Shown piece after piece: positions 44,988 through 54,301 of a stretch of DNA of 64,000 nt. Made by a program: the position numbers and the translations under genes. Location: the IMG/VR virus record IMGVR_UViG_3300030090_005562, positions 32,001-96,000 of that record. One strand, given 5' to 3'. This stretch comes from a virus. Each line of letters begins with the position of its first letter. Within the stretch, counting starts at the first letter, position 1. The notes beneath the pieces were generated by a model that was not told the DNA's origin, ran no database searches, and saw nothing but the letters and a program-made list of their open reading frames with translations.

Positions 44988-45998
44988 TCAAATGTTGGCT
45001 ATATTTGTGTTTACACCTGTAATAATGGAAAAAGTTGCCCTAACAGTAGAGCGATGAAGCCAGCTATTAACTGGAGGCATATCTGTGCATGTAAGCGCAT
45101 CAAATCTAGCCGTACTGCTTCTGTACCCTCCTTCTCCGCTAGGCTTTATCAAATCCGTGTAAACTTTCGCGTTTTTGACAGGAGTACCATTTCTGTCAAG
45201 CTGAAGAGGATACTTTTTGTCTTGTTTCATTATGCTTCTGTTTATTAAATGTATCGCTTTTTCACTTTGGCTCAGCAAGACATCCTTAAGATTGTTTTTT
45301 TCAAACTCATTGTCAGAAAAAATATGAAATAACATGTCGCTGTAAACTATATCCCCGCCGCCTAGTTGATACCCCTTTCTAGCAGGGGAGCTGACCATCT
45401 CTAGTGCAATTATTGGTAATTGTAATCTTCTATTTCCAAGCTGGTTTCTTGCCCCAGATGAAGCCATTAGGTAAGTGTTGAGGTCTTCCATGTCATAGGC
45501 GTTAAACATTAGCTCTTGAACATAGTCTTCGGAGGCGAGTGTAATTCCCACGGTCCTGTGAGTAAAATTTGCCTCAATTTTATTTCCAATGGGTATTCCA
45601 TAGTCGAAAACAATTCTGCCATTTGGATAATCTACAAAGTGCGAATATGTCGTGTCGTTTGGCAAATAAAAATTATTGTTTATCCAGACTCCGCTAACTT
45701 GTATTGGTTTTGTGTCGTCATAACTAACACCAGACTCCCAGACCCAATTATTACGAAAGCCTTCCCAAACTTGACCAGCTTCGTAGCTTGGGTCATCTGA
45801 ATTTCTTAGCCTGTATCTAGAGTGACCGTCCGAAAATGAACCCGACACAGCTGGAGACCTTGTGATATTTTGAAAGGCGCCGACATTCAAAAATCCCCAA
45901 GAAAGAAAATCTTGAACTCCCAGCATTAAAGTATTGCTAATATTGTCTTTTTGAAAAGCGGTAACGCCTTTAAATGTAGCGGGATTATTAAATGCCAT
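44988..45998 (-). CDS. Tail completion/terminator-like protein
   Basis: Immediately upstream of the tail tube; RLQLPIIALE, GYQLGGG, VDYPNGRIVF. Confidence 0.55.
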   Translation of the reverse strand: MAFNNPATFKGVTAFQKDNISNTLMLGVQDFLSWGFLNVGAFQNITRSPAVSGSFSDGHSRYRLRNSDDPSYEAGQVWEGFRNNWVWESGVSYDDTKPIQVSGVWINNNFYLPNDTTYSHFVDYPNGRIVFDYGIPIGNKIEANFTHRTVGITLASEDYVQELMFNAYDMEDLNTYLMASSGARNQLGNRRLQLPIIALEMVSSPARKGYQLGGGDIVYSDMLFHIFSDNEFEKNNLKDVLLSQSEKAIHLINRSIMKQDKKYPLQLDRNGTPVKNAKVYTDLIKPSGEGGYRSSTARFDALTCTDMPPVNSWLHRSTVRATFSIITGVNTNIANI

Positions 45999-46001
45999 GC
46001 C

Positions 46002-46637
46002 TTATCCCCTTAGTCCGTTAGAAAATAAATCCATCAAATCTTTTTCTATTTTAGGCAAAACAGAATCAATTGCTTTGGTAAGAAAATTATTATCTTCATT
46101 ACCAGCGTGTTGAGGAGGAACTCTCCAGCCTTTTCCCCTTACCATAATTTTATCTCCCGTTCTAGACCTGTCTGCAAAGCCCGCTTTAACCTCAAACTCT
46201 TTAACTATTACAGCATCGCCAAGTGTTAGCAGCCACTCTAACCATCGTAATTTTTGACCCTTTTCTGTTTCTTGAATTCCGTCAACAGCCCCTTTTATTG
46301 TGTTTAAATCCGTTTGTCCTCCCTCTATTCTAACTTTAAGAAGTATTTTGTCACCAGTCATTTTTGGCCCGTCAACTTTTACCTTTACAATTTGTGAAAC
46401 AGCCAGTGCTATTCCAGCTGTATTTGCTTTTTCAACTCCTAGCTCACCTCTTAAGTCGCCGCTCTCCAGCGCTTTTGTAGTTGGAGAACTTAGAACAGCG
46501 TCCATAATTGTGTTTTGAACTCTACTTTGCATCAATCTAACAGTACCTTTAAGATTATTGCGGATATGTTTTTGAATAGCCCTTAATATATCTTTTTTCA
46601 TTTTTTCAGGCTTAATTAATTTCATAGACAGTTTCAT
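46002..46637 (-). CDS. Neck/tail-completion protein (HK97 gp10-like position)
   Basis: Basic protein, WLEWLL, SRTG..IM, NNFLTKAI; synteny. Confidence 0.5.
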   Translation of the reverse strand: MKLSMKLIKPEKMKKDILRAIQKHIRNNLKGTVRLMQSRVQNTIMDAVLSSPTTKALESGDLRGELGVEKANTAGIALAVSQIVKVKVDGPKMTGDKILLKVRIEGGQTDLNTIKGAVDGIQETEKGQKLRWLEWLLTLGDAVIVKEFEVKAGFADRSRTGDKIMVRGKGWRVPPQHAGNEDNNFLTKAIDSVLPKIEKDLMDLFSNGLRG

Positions 46638-46644
46638 GGGAATA

Positions 46645-48171
46645 CTAACCGCCCTTCACTCTTCTAAGCATTTGCGCAAAATATTTATCCTGAGCTAAGC
46701 CCCAAGGCACAGCCTCTCCCTCTCTTTCGCAAACCCATTTTCTATATGCAGACAAATCTTTGTTTAGCAATATTCTGTCACATTTTTCAATTTTTGGCAA
46801 ATCATGCATTCTGCCAATAATCATCACAGCAGTATCTGGATTTTCTACAGCTCCTGTGATGGACCAATCTCTTGGAGTCCAATAAACTCTCAGCCTAACA
46901 TCTTCCTTAATCGCACGATTAGTCCTGCCTTCTCCTCCGCACCAAGGACAAATCGTATGATTTTCAAAAGGAACTGGCCCGCCTGTCTTGTATATATTTG
47001 ACGACCTTTTTTGTCTTGGGCTATAAATGCAGTTTGGGCAAACTGAATTTTTTGTTATTGGGTAAATCAATTGACAGTTTTGGCCTGTGTTTCCAGATAT
47101 TAATGAATCAACTATATGTTCATGGCTAGATATTACCTCGTTGGGAATTGTAAAAGGCTTTGGGACACCATAAACTATTTCTGTTCTAATTAGCTTTTCT
47201 AAGGCCCCTATATCATAAGCTGTGCCTTGCGGCCTAGCGACTCCAAGCATGTCAACCGTAACAGACGATACCGTTTTTCCAGCATCTAAAGCTAAAGATG
47301 TCTTTGATAAGGCAAAGCTATTGTTTGGTGCGTCTTTAAAAACATTAGAGGCTGTGGCATTAATTTGGTGATTCAAACCGCTAAAATCATCAGCTGTTCC
47401 ATCACTACTGATGTTATTGTTAAATTGTTTTGAGCCAGTGTCAAATGTAATTTGATTAAAAGCGTATGTTATCGATTCATTGCTAGAGGTTACTGCGCCG
47501 ATGATAACATTATTTTCAACTGTTATATTTAAGGTGCAAGAAGCGGTATTTGCAAATCTTATACCGTAGTTATTAACGCTACCAGGATTTGCTACATAAA
47601 TTGAATTATTATATATAAACATATTTGTTACTCCGCCAGAACCGTCCGTAGCGTAAGCATAAATCCCAGCCGGTGTAGTGCCAGCCGTACCGTCTATAAT
47701 AATGATATTATTAGTAACATTGTTGGAGCTAGTAACTCCAGTGGAGCTTTGACCAATAAAAATGCCGTATTGAAAAGTACCATGAATAATACAATTATCA
47801 ACCCTACAATCTCTCGAAGTTCCAGAAGTTAAAAAAGAAATTGCCGTGTTTGAATTTGTAGCCCCTGTTACTCTGAGTCCGTCTATTTGCGTATAAGGAA
47901 CCCCAATCGTCATTGGCGTGCTTGCTTCCACGTATGCGCCAGCAGTTACATCTGCCTCATGCCCGTGGCCGTCTGCCGCATAAATTTTTGGAAAATTATC
48001 TGAATCCGGCGTTGAAGACCATCCTGAAAGAGTTACGGCTCCTAAATTGCCTCCAGTGTAACACTCCGCATGTTGGTCGGCGGTGGATTCTCCATCAGCA
48101 AAGTCTTCCCACAACGCCAATGTTGTAAAATCTCCATCACCAGCAGGTTTAATTGTTTTTATTGTAGGCAT
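46645..48171 (-). CDS. Fusion: beta-helix module plus head-closure/neck domain with a zinc-finger motif
   Basis: Asn ladders, ARPQGTAYDIGALE; C-terminal CPNC...CPWCGGEG, LRVYW, PWGL. Confidence 0.65.
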   Translation of the reverse strand: MPTIKTIKPAGDGDFTTLALWEDFADGESTADQHAECYTGGNLGAVTLSGWSSTPDSDNFPKIYAADGHGHEADVTAGAYVEASTPMTIGVPYTQIDGLRVTGATNSNTAISFLTSGTSRDCRVDNCIIHGTFQYGIFIGQSSTGVTSSNNVTNNIIIIDGTAGTTPAGIYAYATDGSGGVTNMFIYNNSIYVANPGSVNNYGIRFANTASCTLNITVENNVIIGAVTSSNESITYAFNQITFDTGSKQFNNNISSDGTADDFSGLNHQINATASNVFKDAPNNSFALSKTSLALDAGKTVSSVTVDMLGVARPQGTAYDIGALEKLIRTEIVYGVPKPFTIPNEVISSHEHIVDSLISGNTGQNCQLIYPITKNSVCPNCIYSPRQKRSSNIYKTGGPVPFENHTICPWCGGEGRTNRAIKEDVRLRVYWTPRDWSITGAVENPDTAVMIIGRMHDLPKIEKCDRILLNKDLSAYRKWVCEREGEAVPWGLAQDKYFAQMLRRVKGG

Positions 48172-48174
48172 AGA

Positions 48175-49194
48175 TTAACCATTTCCATATCCGTTAGCGT
48201 CATTATGACTAACTCTTTTTGATTTTACGAACCTATCATTTAATTCATCAACTTGAACCTGTGCGTCAATGCTGTCTGTATTGTCTCTTTTCTTGAAATT
48301 AATACCTCCGCTATGAACTGTAATTCCAGCCTGTGTTCTAAGATTAGCTGTAATAATTTCATGAAGAACATCGTTGCCTGTAAGCGCAGCTTCGTCTGAG
48401 GCTTCTTCTTCGCCGCCACCGCCTCCTCCTCCTCCAGAAGAGGTAAACGGAATAGTATCAGTTCCCATGTAGGTATTGGGATAAAACATTCCAGCGCTAG
48501 TGCTATACATGGTTGGAGTTGCTGCGAACGTAGGACTACTAGTTTCATCTAAGTCATAAGTGTTCATAACGTCTCTGTACGCACCCGCTGCTGTAGCAGT
48601 GCTTCCAACATAAGGGCCTCCCATAGGAAAATAAGCTCGCATATTTCCAGGACGAACAAAAAGAGGGGAGGCTCCGTTGTAAAGACTTGTTATTTCTCCG
48701 GCGGTAAGAGCTGCGTCCCAAGCCGCCCACTCAGCTATCTCTCCATCAAAATAATATGCGGTGCCAGGGTTACCAGCATAGGCCAGACCAATTTTAAAAT
48801 CAAGCCCGGCTGTGCTGTGGTCGCTAGTTTGATTGCTAGTGTGTGAAACCGCTGAAGCGTTATCTACAAAAAGCTCTCTTGAACCGTATTGATGTATCGC
48901 AAGAAGATGATACCAAGTAGTGCTATTATCAGCTATAACAGCGCTAGATGATGCTACATAGCTATTTTTAAAGCGCAACCTAATCTTACCGTTAGAGAGC
49001 AAATATAAGCCTAATCTTCCAGCTCCAACAGAGCCGTCATACTGCTCCCAAACGCCTCCGTTCTGTCTGCCATGAGGCTTAATCCAACAAGAGGTGGTGA
49101 ACGCATAGTTAGTATTGCTAAACCCGCTAGAGTTTAATATACTTATATTGTCTTTGCCGATACAATCGTCGGTGCCATCAAATATAATGCTCAT
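48175..49194 (-). CDS. LamG/concanavalin-A-like lectin domain virion protein
   Basis: IFDGTDD, FTTSCWIK, WYHLL, LFVDN, YFDGEIAEWAAWDAALTAGEITSLYNG. Confidence 0.85.
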   Translation of the reverse strand: MSIIFDGTDDCIGKDNISILNSSGFSNTNYAFTTSCWIKPHGRQNGGVWEQYDGSVGAGRLGLYLLSNGKIRLRFKNSYVASSSAVIADNSTTWYHLLAIHQYGSRELFVDNASAVSHTSNQTSDHSTAGLDFKIGLAYAGNPGTAYYFDGEIAEWAAWDAALTAGEITSLYNGASPLFVRPGNMRAYFPMGGPYVGSTATAAGAYRDVMNTYDLDETSSPTFAATPTMYSTSAGMFYPNTYMGTDTIPFTSSGGGGGGGGEEEASDEAALTGNDVLHEIITANLRTQAGITVHSGGINFKKRDNTDSIDAQVQVDELNDRFVKSKRVSHNDANGYGNG

Positions 49195-49703
49195 TACGTC
49201 TCCTCGTATAAAGATACGGATGCAACGTAAACGTCTCCGCTAACTCCATCTTCACTAACGTCTCTCACAATTCCTATTCTAACTATATCTCCTGCGGCTA
49301 CACTATCTTTTGCTGATAGTGTATATGTTAAAATGTCTGGGTGTCCAGCCGTTCCTGGAACAGTTTTTGTTGATGCGGCCGCAGATAAATCAAAACTGGC
49401 TGCAGCCTCCATATCCAAAGAGTCTCCATCAGTAACCGCTTCTACTGCAACAAACATTGCAAGGTCGCCAGATGTGGCGCTTGCCGTATAATAACAAACA
49501 TCAGCCTTAAGAGTTCCGCTTCCGGTGTATTCAGCGGGCATTACAAACATGCCAGTTACAGCGGCTTCGTCAGCAGAATCATCAAAAGCCAGACCAACTC
49601 TTGAAAAGGGAGTGGTGCCATGATTAACATAAGTTGGGCCTGTAGTGGTATGTGCTGGGCCAAACGCCGTAGATGGGAAATTTAATGTAAAGTTTCTAGC
49701 CAT
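49194..49703 (-). CDS. Beta-sandwich virion accessory protein
   Basis: LAFDDSADEA, MPAEYTGSG, VAAGDIVRIGIVRD; 1-nt overlaps with both neighbours. Confidence 0.6.
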   Translation of the reverse strand: MARNFTLNFPSTAFGPAHTTTGPTYVNHGTTPFSRVGLAFDDSADEAAVTGMFVMPAEYTGSGTLKADVCYYTASATSGDLAMFVAVEAVTDGDSLDMEAAASFDLSAAASTKTVPGTAGHPDILTYTLSAKDSVAAGDIVRIGIVRDVSEDGVSGDVYVASVSLYEET

Positions 49704-50212
49704 TATTCAATCCCCTTTGCTGTTCTAATTACTACTTGTGGGTCAGCGGCTAGCCACGCATCAAGATTTAGCTCCATCGCAGAAACCTCATCTTCGGTAG
49801 TAGCAGCATCAACATTGTCTTGAGCAGCGTAAAGTAAGTCTTGTCCTTGGTCAATCCAAGCGGCGAGCTGAGAGACATAAGTCACTCTTGCCGTATTTCC
49901 GGCTGCGACTGCCAATTGAAGGACGAGCAGAAGGCTGAGCTTCTCGTCATCCGTATACTTGCTTCTAAGTGCTTCACCAAGCTCTTCTTTGAATTCGTCT
50001 TTTTTATCAGACTTAACCTGAGATAGCCACTCAGCGTCCGCAGAAGCTATCTGTGAGGCTGTTTTTAAAGTAAGGCTGTCTCCAGACACCTTCCAGTGTC
50101 GTTTAGGAGCGTCGGGAATATCAGGGTTTATAAGCCATTCGCTAGGGTCATATTCTGGAGTATTTACACTCTGAATAACCTGAAGCGTTGTTTTATTTAC
50201 TACTGTTGCCAT
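49703..50212 (-). CDS. Tail-fibre-assembly-like protein
   Basis: SVNTPEY...WLINPD, HWKV, helical C-terminus ending VDAATTEDEVSA. Confidence 0.5.
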   Translation of the reverse strand: MATVVNKTTLQVIQSVNTPEYDPSEWLINPDIPDAPKRHWKVSGDSLTLKTASQIASADAEWLSQVKSDKKDEFKEELGEALRSKYTDDEKLSLLLVLQLAVAAGNTARVTYVSQLAAWIDQGQDLLYAAQDNVDAATTEDEVSAMELNLDAWLAADPQVVIRTAKGIE

Positions 50213-50869
50213 TTATGTACTCCAACTATCTAATGGTTCAACTTTTCTTGAAAGAAATTCTTGTATGTCTGTAGTTTGGTCTCTTCTAAGTGCTGTAGCT
50301 GCATGCAAAATAGGATTAGGGGTAAGTATATCCCTGTGTTCCTTTATTCCTCTCTCATGTGGCTCTCTTTTGTCTATACCCCTCTCTTCAATATAAATAA
50401 CTAAATCATCTGCGGCTAGAAAATTAGCCTCTATTTCTGGGTCAAAAACATCGTCTGTTTCACTTTCGGGAAGAGCGTCAAAATCAAAATGAAGAACGCT
50501 TCTATTTGTCATTACCGTTTGTGTCATAGGCTGTCCGTCTGGTGCAGTCATTTGAACTCCATTGTCATCTTCTATGGGCTCTGTTACAATCTCACAAAAA
50601 GGAAAGTCTACGGTTGGATTTGGTTCTCCCCATTCTTTTTTCTTATTCAATATTGCTAAGGCAAGTGCTGCGGACTGAAGCTCTAAAACAGATGCGTTAT
50701 TTCCTGGCCAAGTCACGACTTGATGCACCTTTAGCTCTTGACTCCCCCATTTACCTCCAGCCAACCTGCAAGTAATTACGTCGCCTCTTCTTTTGACGCC
50801 CTTTTCTCCTTGACGCCTAACAGAAACCATAAGCTCTATTTCATTAGACACCGTACCTGTCTCCGTCAT
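50213..50869 (-). CDS. Hypothetical protein, paralog of 51053-51595
   Basis: KRRGDVITCRL...WGSQE..VHQVVTW. Confidence 0.65.
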   Translation of the reverse strand: MTETGTVSNEIELMVSVRRQGEKGVKRRGDVITCRLAGGKWGSQELKVHQVVTWPGNNASVLELQSAALALAILNKKKEWGEPNPTVDFPFCEIVTEPIEDDNGVQMTAPDGQPMTQTVMTNRSVLHFDFDALPESETDDVFDPEIEANFLAADDLVIYIEERGIDKREPHERGIKEHRDILTPNPILHAATALRRDQTTDIQEFLSRKVEPLDSWST

Positions 50870-51050
50870 TTTCTATAAATCTATTGTCAAGTTCGTCTAT
50901 TGCGTTTTGCGATTTAGGAATTTGTTCTCCTCGTCTTTCATCAAAATTTATTCCGCCATTGCTCATTTTCATACCAGCCTGTATTCGTCTGTTGGCTGAA
51001 ATGGTCTCTGTAACCACATCGCTGCCACTCAATGCGTTTTCACCTGCCAT
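50844..51050 (-). CDS. 68-aa protein homologous to the C-terminus of the LamG protein (possible anchoring module)
   Basis: ALSGSDVV...ANRRIQAG...GGINF...DELDNRF matches ALTGNDVL...ANLRTQAG...GGINF...DELNDRF. Confidence 0.75.
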   Translation of the reverse strand: MAGENALSGSDVVTETISANRRIQAGMKMSNGGINFDERRGEQIPKSQNAIDELDNRFIENDGDRYGV

Positions 51051-51052
51051 TT

Positions 51053-51595
51053 TTATACCCTCACTAACTTGCCGTCTATTATTTCAGTTTTTATTCCATA
51101 TCTTGATAACTGCTCGCTTAAAGTATCTAAATAATCTAAATATTTTTGATTGTTGTGAATTGGAGTTTCATCTCCAACAGGTGGTCCTGGCTTAGTTTTT
51201 AAACATTCAGTTTTAGCGAATTCTTTGTTGCTCTCAAATTCTTGTGAAACTTCTTCATCGGTTTTTTCTTTTGCTTCACCTAGCTCAATATTAAAATATT
51301 TTTTTGAACGAGTTTTGGTAACGTCGCCCTCATAAATTTTTATGCCATTATTATCAAAAATAGTGCAGTTTTCAACCTCTTTGTAAGGCGTCACAACCGT
51401 AGGGGGAGATTTTGTTTTCCCAAGTTGCTGCCTCATTGACTCTTCTAAAGATTCGTCATCCCAATCTAAAACCATGTGGACCCTCTGTTCCATAGCCCCC
51501 CAATCTGCAAACTCTTTTAATTTAACACATATAACATCTCCGCCTCTTTTGTCCGCACATGCAGAATTTTTCGTTCTAATCAGAGCTTCTAACAT
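51053..51595 (-). CDS. Hypothetical protein, paralog of 50213-50869
   Basis: KRGGDVICVKL...WGAME.RVHMVLDW. Confidence 0.65.
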   Translation of the reverse strand: MLEALIRTKNSACADKRGGDVICVKLKEFADWGAMEQRVHMVLDWDDESLEESMRQQLGKTKSPPTVVTPYKEVENCTIFDNNGIKIYEGDVTKTRSKKYFNIELGEAKEKTDEEVSQEFESNKEFAKTECLKTKPGPPVGDETPIHNNQKYLDYLDTLSEQLSRYGIKTEIIDGKLVRV

Positions 51596-52093
51596 TTATT
51601 CATACCAAACTGTTACCCAGCCTCTATTGTAGCTGGTTGAATCAAAATCAGCAGAATCGAAGCTTCCGCCAGTTTTTCTAATTAAAACAACTTTTTTGTT
51701 AGTAATGCCAGAAACAGCCACATCAACAGCAGTCATGTGCGTGCCGCTGTTTGAGTGATTATCTCCAAAGTATACTGTGTCCGCATCATTTCTAATTGTG
51801 AATGCGGTATTTCTTGTGCCCTTCCAGGTGTCTGAATATTCAAGCCCATGATTTACTTTAACAAATCCCGTGCTATCCATATTCCAGTCGCCAATCTCGA
51901 CAGTATTTCTTCTGAGCCCATAGTCATCAAATCTGGCTTGATAGTCTCCAGAAGCTCTAACCGCGAAATCAAGTTCAGTAATAGTCGATGTAACATTAAC
52001 ATCGATTCTTTGTGTGTCTCCAAGTTTATTTACAGAAACAACACCGTCATTGTTATTGTATCCGTCGCTAGACTTTATTTTATGTATTGGCAT
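51596..52093 (-). CDS. Hypothetical virion accessory protein
   Basis: SD GGAG; EIGDWNMDS...HGL, FDS.DFDSTSYNRGWVTVWYE fibre-tip-like C-terminus. Confidence 0.6.
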   Translation of the reverse strand: MPIHKIKSSDGYNNNDGVVSVNKLGDTQRIDVNVTSTITELDFAVRASGDYQARFDDYGLRRNTVEIGDWNMDSTGFVKVNHGLEYSDTWKGTRNTAFTIRNDADTVYFGDNHSNSGTHMTAVDVAVSGITNKKVVLIRKTGGSFDSADFDSTSYNRGWVTVWYE

Positions 52094-52108
52094 AGTGTTT
52101 TATCTCCG

Positions 52109-52630
52109 CTAATGTCTATTTCTTGTATTTTGGTAGTCTGTTCTTCCAGCTCCACCATAAATTGCATTTCTATGTGGTCCGATAATCGCCTCTCCAACAT
52201 TGCTATTACCAAGTCTGTATTCTAATTCTGCCTGTTCGTAGTTTGCACACGCCATCTGCATCATTTCTTTTTTTGCGGCAACCATACCTCTGGGGTCAAC
52301 TGTTGATGGCCCATCTCTTACAACTATGGCATGGTTTGTAGATGACCTGTACTCACCCTTAGCTAAAAGGCAGGCGGCTTTTAAAACAACAAGATTTACA
52401 AAAGATTTATCATTTGTTGGCGTAGGAGATATTCCAGAATTAGGTATGTCAACAGTATAATCTGCCGGAAAATCTACAACGCCGAGTGTTAGGTGTGCGG
52501 ATGAGACTAAAAGGCTGCAGAGCCTTTCGTCGGTAAATTCTCTGGTTGTTTCATCGGCGTCATTTATAACATACCTCAAAAGGGTAGTCATTTCTGTCTT
52601 CCAGCCATCGGTGCTTTTACCGTAAGCCAT
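52109..52630 (-). CDS. Head-tail adaptor
   Basis: First gene after the MCP; LRYVIND...FTDERL, LVVLKAAC, VRDGPSTVD. Confidence 0.65.
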   Translation of the reverse strand: MAYGKSTDGWKTEMTTLLRYVINDADETTREFTDERLCSLLVSSAHLTLGVVDFPADYTVDIPNSGISPTPTNDKSFVNLVVLKAACLLAKGEYRSSTNHAIVVRDGPSTVDPRGMVAAKKEMMQMACANYEQAELEYRLGNSNVGEAIIGPHRNAIYGGAGRTDYQNTRNRH

Positions 52631-52672
52631 GTTTTTTTCTCCTGTCTGCGCAGATAGAGTGGTACGATATAG

Positions 52673-52681
52673 TATACACCA
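52673..52681 (-). promoter_or_regulatory. Putative late promoter TGGTGTATA, directly downstream of the MCP terminator
   Basis: Intergenic 9-mer 8 nt after the terminator U-tract. Confidence 0.75.
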
Positions 52682-52689
52682 ATAATTAC

Positions 52690-52720
52690 AAAAAAAGCTG
52701 GCCCCGAAACCGAGGCCAGC
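52690..52720 (-). terminator. Rho-independent terminator after the major capsid gene
   Basis: GCTGGCCTCG-GTTT-CGGGGCCAGC followed by TTTTTTT. Confidence 0.9.
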
Positions 52721-52747
52721 CCTTTATTTTGCCGTAAATGCTTAGTT

Positions 52748-53761
52748 TTACAGCGAGCCAAGGATTACTCTACGGTTGTCGAGAACGGCAAAGCCATGCT
52801 CAGCAAAACCATAGAATCCAGCTCTACGCTGACGATGGAGGTTCTCATCCTCGTAAACCTGAACGTTTTCACGAACCGGACGCACAAACGAATCGTTTGA
52901 GCTGAGGTCCAATCCAACAAGAAGCTCAACATCAGAAGCCTGAAGACTTCCGCTGAGTTCATTCTTGAAGAAGTTCTGGTACTCTTGACCAACACCAAGC
53001 TCATCAATGTCTTGAATGTTGACAGAGAAAATACGATTGATGGTCGCTGCGCCATCTTCAGCCGTGTAAATTTCACGACGAGTGATGTCGTCAACTTGGT
53101 CTACGCCCCAGTTACGAATATCTTCGATAGCTTCGGGCGAAACGTACAAGTCTGTCAATTTGCCACGATTAATGCTGCTGGAGTTTCCACCACCATTACG
53201 TCTCATGACAGTCTTCAACAGAGACACGATTCTCTTCGTAAACTGACCAGCTGCTGCGTCAGCGTCGTAAACCAAAATATTTCGGTCAACGCCAGCGGCA
53301 AGCAACGTGTGCCAAGCATCGTCATTAGTCTTCTTGACGAAGCTAGACTGTAAAACCTGAAGCGCTCTACTGACGATATCCCAACGAGCGTCACGAGCGT
53401 AACGAAGCGTCCAGTCAATACTGGAAGCAATCTCGAAAGTAGGAATCATCACATAGTCACCTTCCACATAACGCTCAGGAACACGACCATGATTAGGAAC
53501 GCTGTAAGCAACGAAATCTTTTTCCGTGCCAGGAGCAAGAAAATCCAAAGGAAATTCTGGCGTGGCGCCGGGTTCAAGATTGATAGTCTCAAAGATATTA
53601 CCCGTAATATCTCCGCTCATCACGCCCTGACGCAGAGGCTGTTCAAGCGCAACAGCTAGCTGATGCGTAGCCTCAAGCGAATCGGCTCGATTTGCAGAGC
53701 CGCTCTTCTTCAAAAGTGCGGTCATCTCTGGCGTAGGAGCGCTAATAATATTTCTACTCAT
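52748..53761 (-). CDS. Major capsid protein (HK97 fold)
   Basis: 337 aa from ATG 53761 with SD AGGAGA; follows the scaffold and decoration genes; GFYGFAEHGFAVLD C-terminus; followed by a strong terminator. Confidence 0.85.
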   Translation of the reverse strand: MSRNIISAPTPEMTALLKKSGSANRADSLEATHQLAVALEQPLRQGVMSGDITGNIFETINLEPGATPEFPLDFLAPGTEKDFVAYSVPNHGRVPERYVEGDYVMIPTFEIASSIDWTLRYARDARWDIVSRALQVLQSSFVKKTNDDAWHTLLAAGVDRNILVYDADAAAGQFTKRIVSLLKTVMRRNGGGNSSSINRGKLTDLYVSPEAIEDIRNWGVDQVDDITRREIYTAEDGAATINRIFSVNIQDIDELGVGQEYQNFFKNELSGSLQASDVELLVGLDLSSNDSFVRPVRENVQVYEDENLHRQRRAGFYGFAEHGFAVLDNRRVILGSL

Positions 53762-53771
53762 TTTAGTTCTC

Positions 53772-54287
53772 CTATCTATTTGGATAATAATTAGCATCTG
53801 CTTGCGGTAGGTTTACATAAACCTTTGCATAACCGTCTTCATCTTTCAAACTTCCGAACTCACCAATGACTTTACCACCGGTGCGATTCTGACGATTCAA
53901 CAACGGCGAGGAATTAGTATTAGTAATAAGTCCGCTAGGACCAACAAACGCTAAATCGCCTGCTGCGATAGTCACGCCTGGGTCAATCTGGTTTGTAGTA
54001 ACCCAACCCTTACGAAGCAGAGTTACCTTGCCGCCTTTTTGCATCTCATTCTTGTGGAAATTGATGTGCTGACGAGTCTGGTCGATGTTGACCATATCGT
54101 TGAGCAGGATTCCAACCGGAGTAAGACCCGACTGGGCGGCTGCATATGTAACCAACGCGGCTGATTGGTCAAGAGCAGCACCAGAACCTGCAGTGCTAAG
54201 AGTAACGCAACCGCCACGTTCAGCAACTTCATTCAAGAAGAAGTCTGTGGTGGTTTCGAACTCGTATCGGTCGCCTTTAAGTGCCAT
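53772..54287 (-). CDS. Capsid decoration/cement protein
   Basis: Between scaffold and MCP; PVGILLND, GGKVTLLRKG, KDEDGYAKV. Confidence 0.7.
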   Translation of the reverse strand: MALKGDRYEFETTTDFFLNEVAERGGCVTLSTAGSGAALDQSAALVTYAAAQSGLTPVGILLNDMVNIDQTRQHINFHKNEMQKGGKVTLLRKGWVTTNQIDPGVTIAAGDLAFVGPSGLITNTNSSPLLNRQNRTGGKVIGEFGSLKDEDGYAKVYVNLPQADANYYPNR

Positions 54288-54301
54288 AATTTATTTCTCC
54301 T

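Noticed and set aside
43665-46637. Contractile tail sheath gene
   Set aside because: No sheath-sized gene or baseplate wedge (gpJ/gp25-like) motifs between neck and TMP.
53762-53797. Longer ORF-track starts for MCP (53797), TerL (60390), 41924, 42318, 6113 and 10304
   Set aside because: Downstream ATGs have better SD sequences or normal short overlaps; the extensions run deep into upstream genes.
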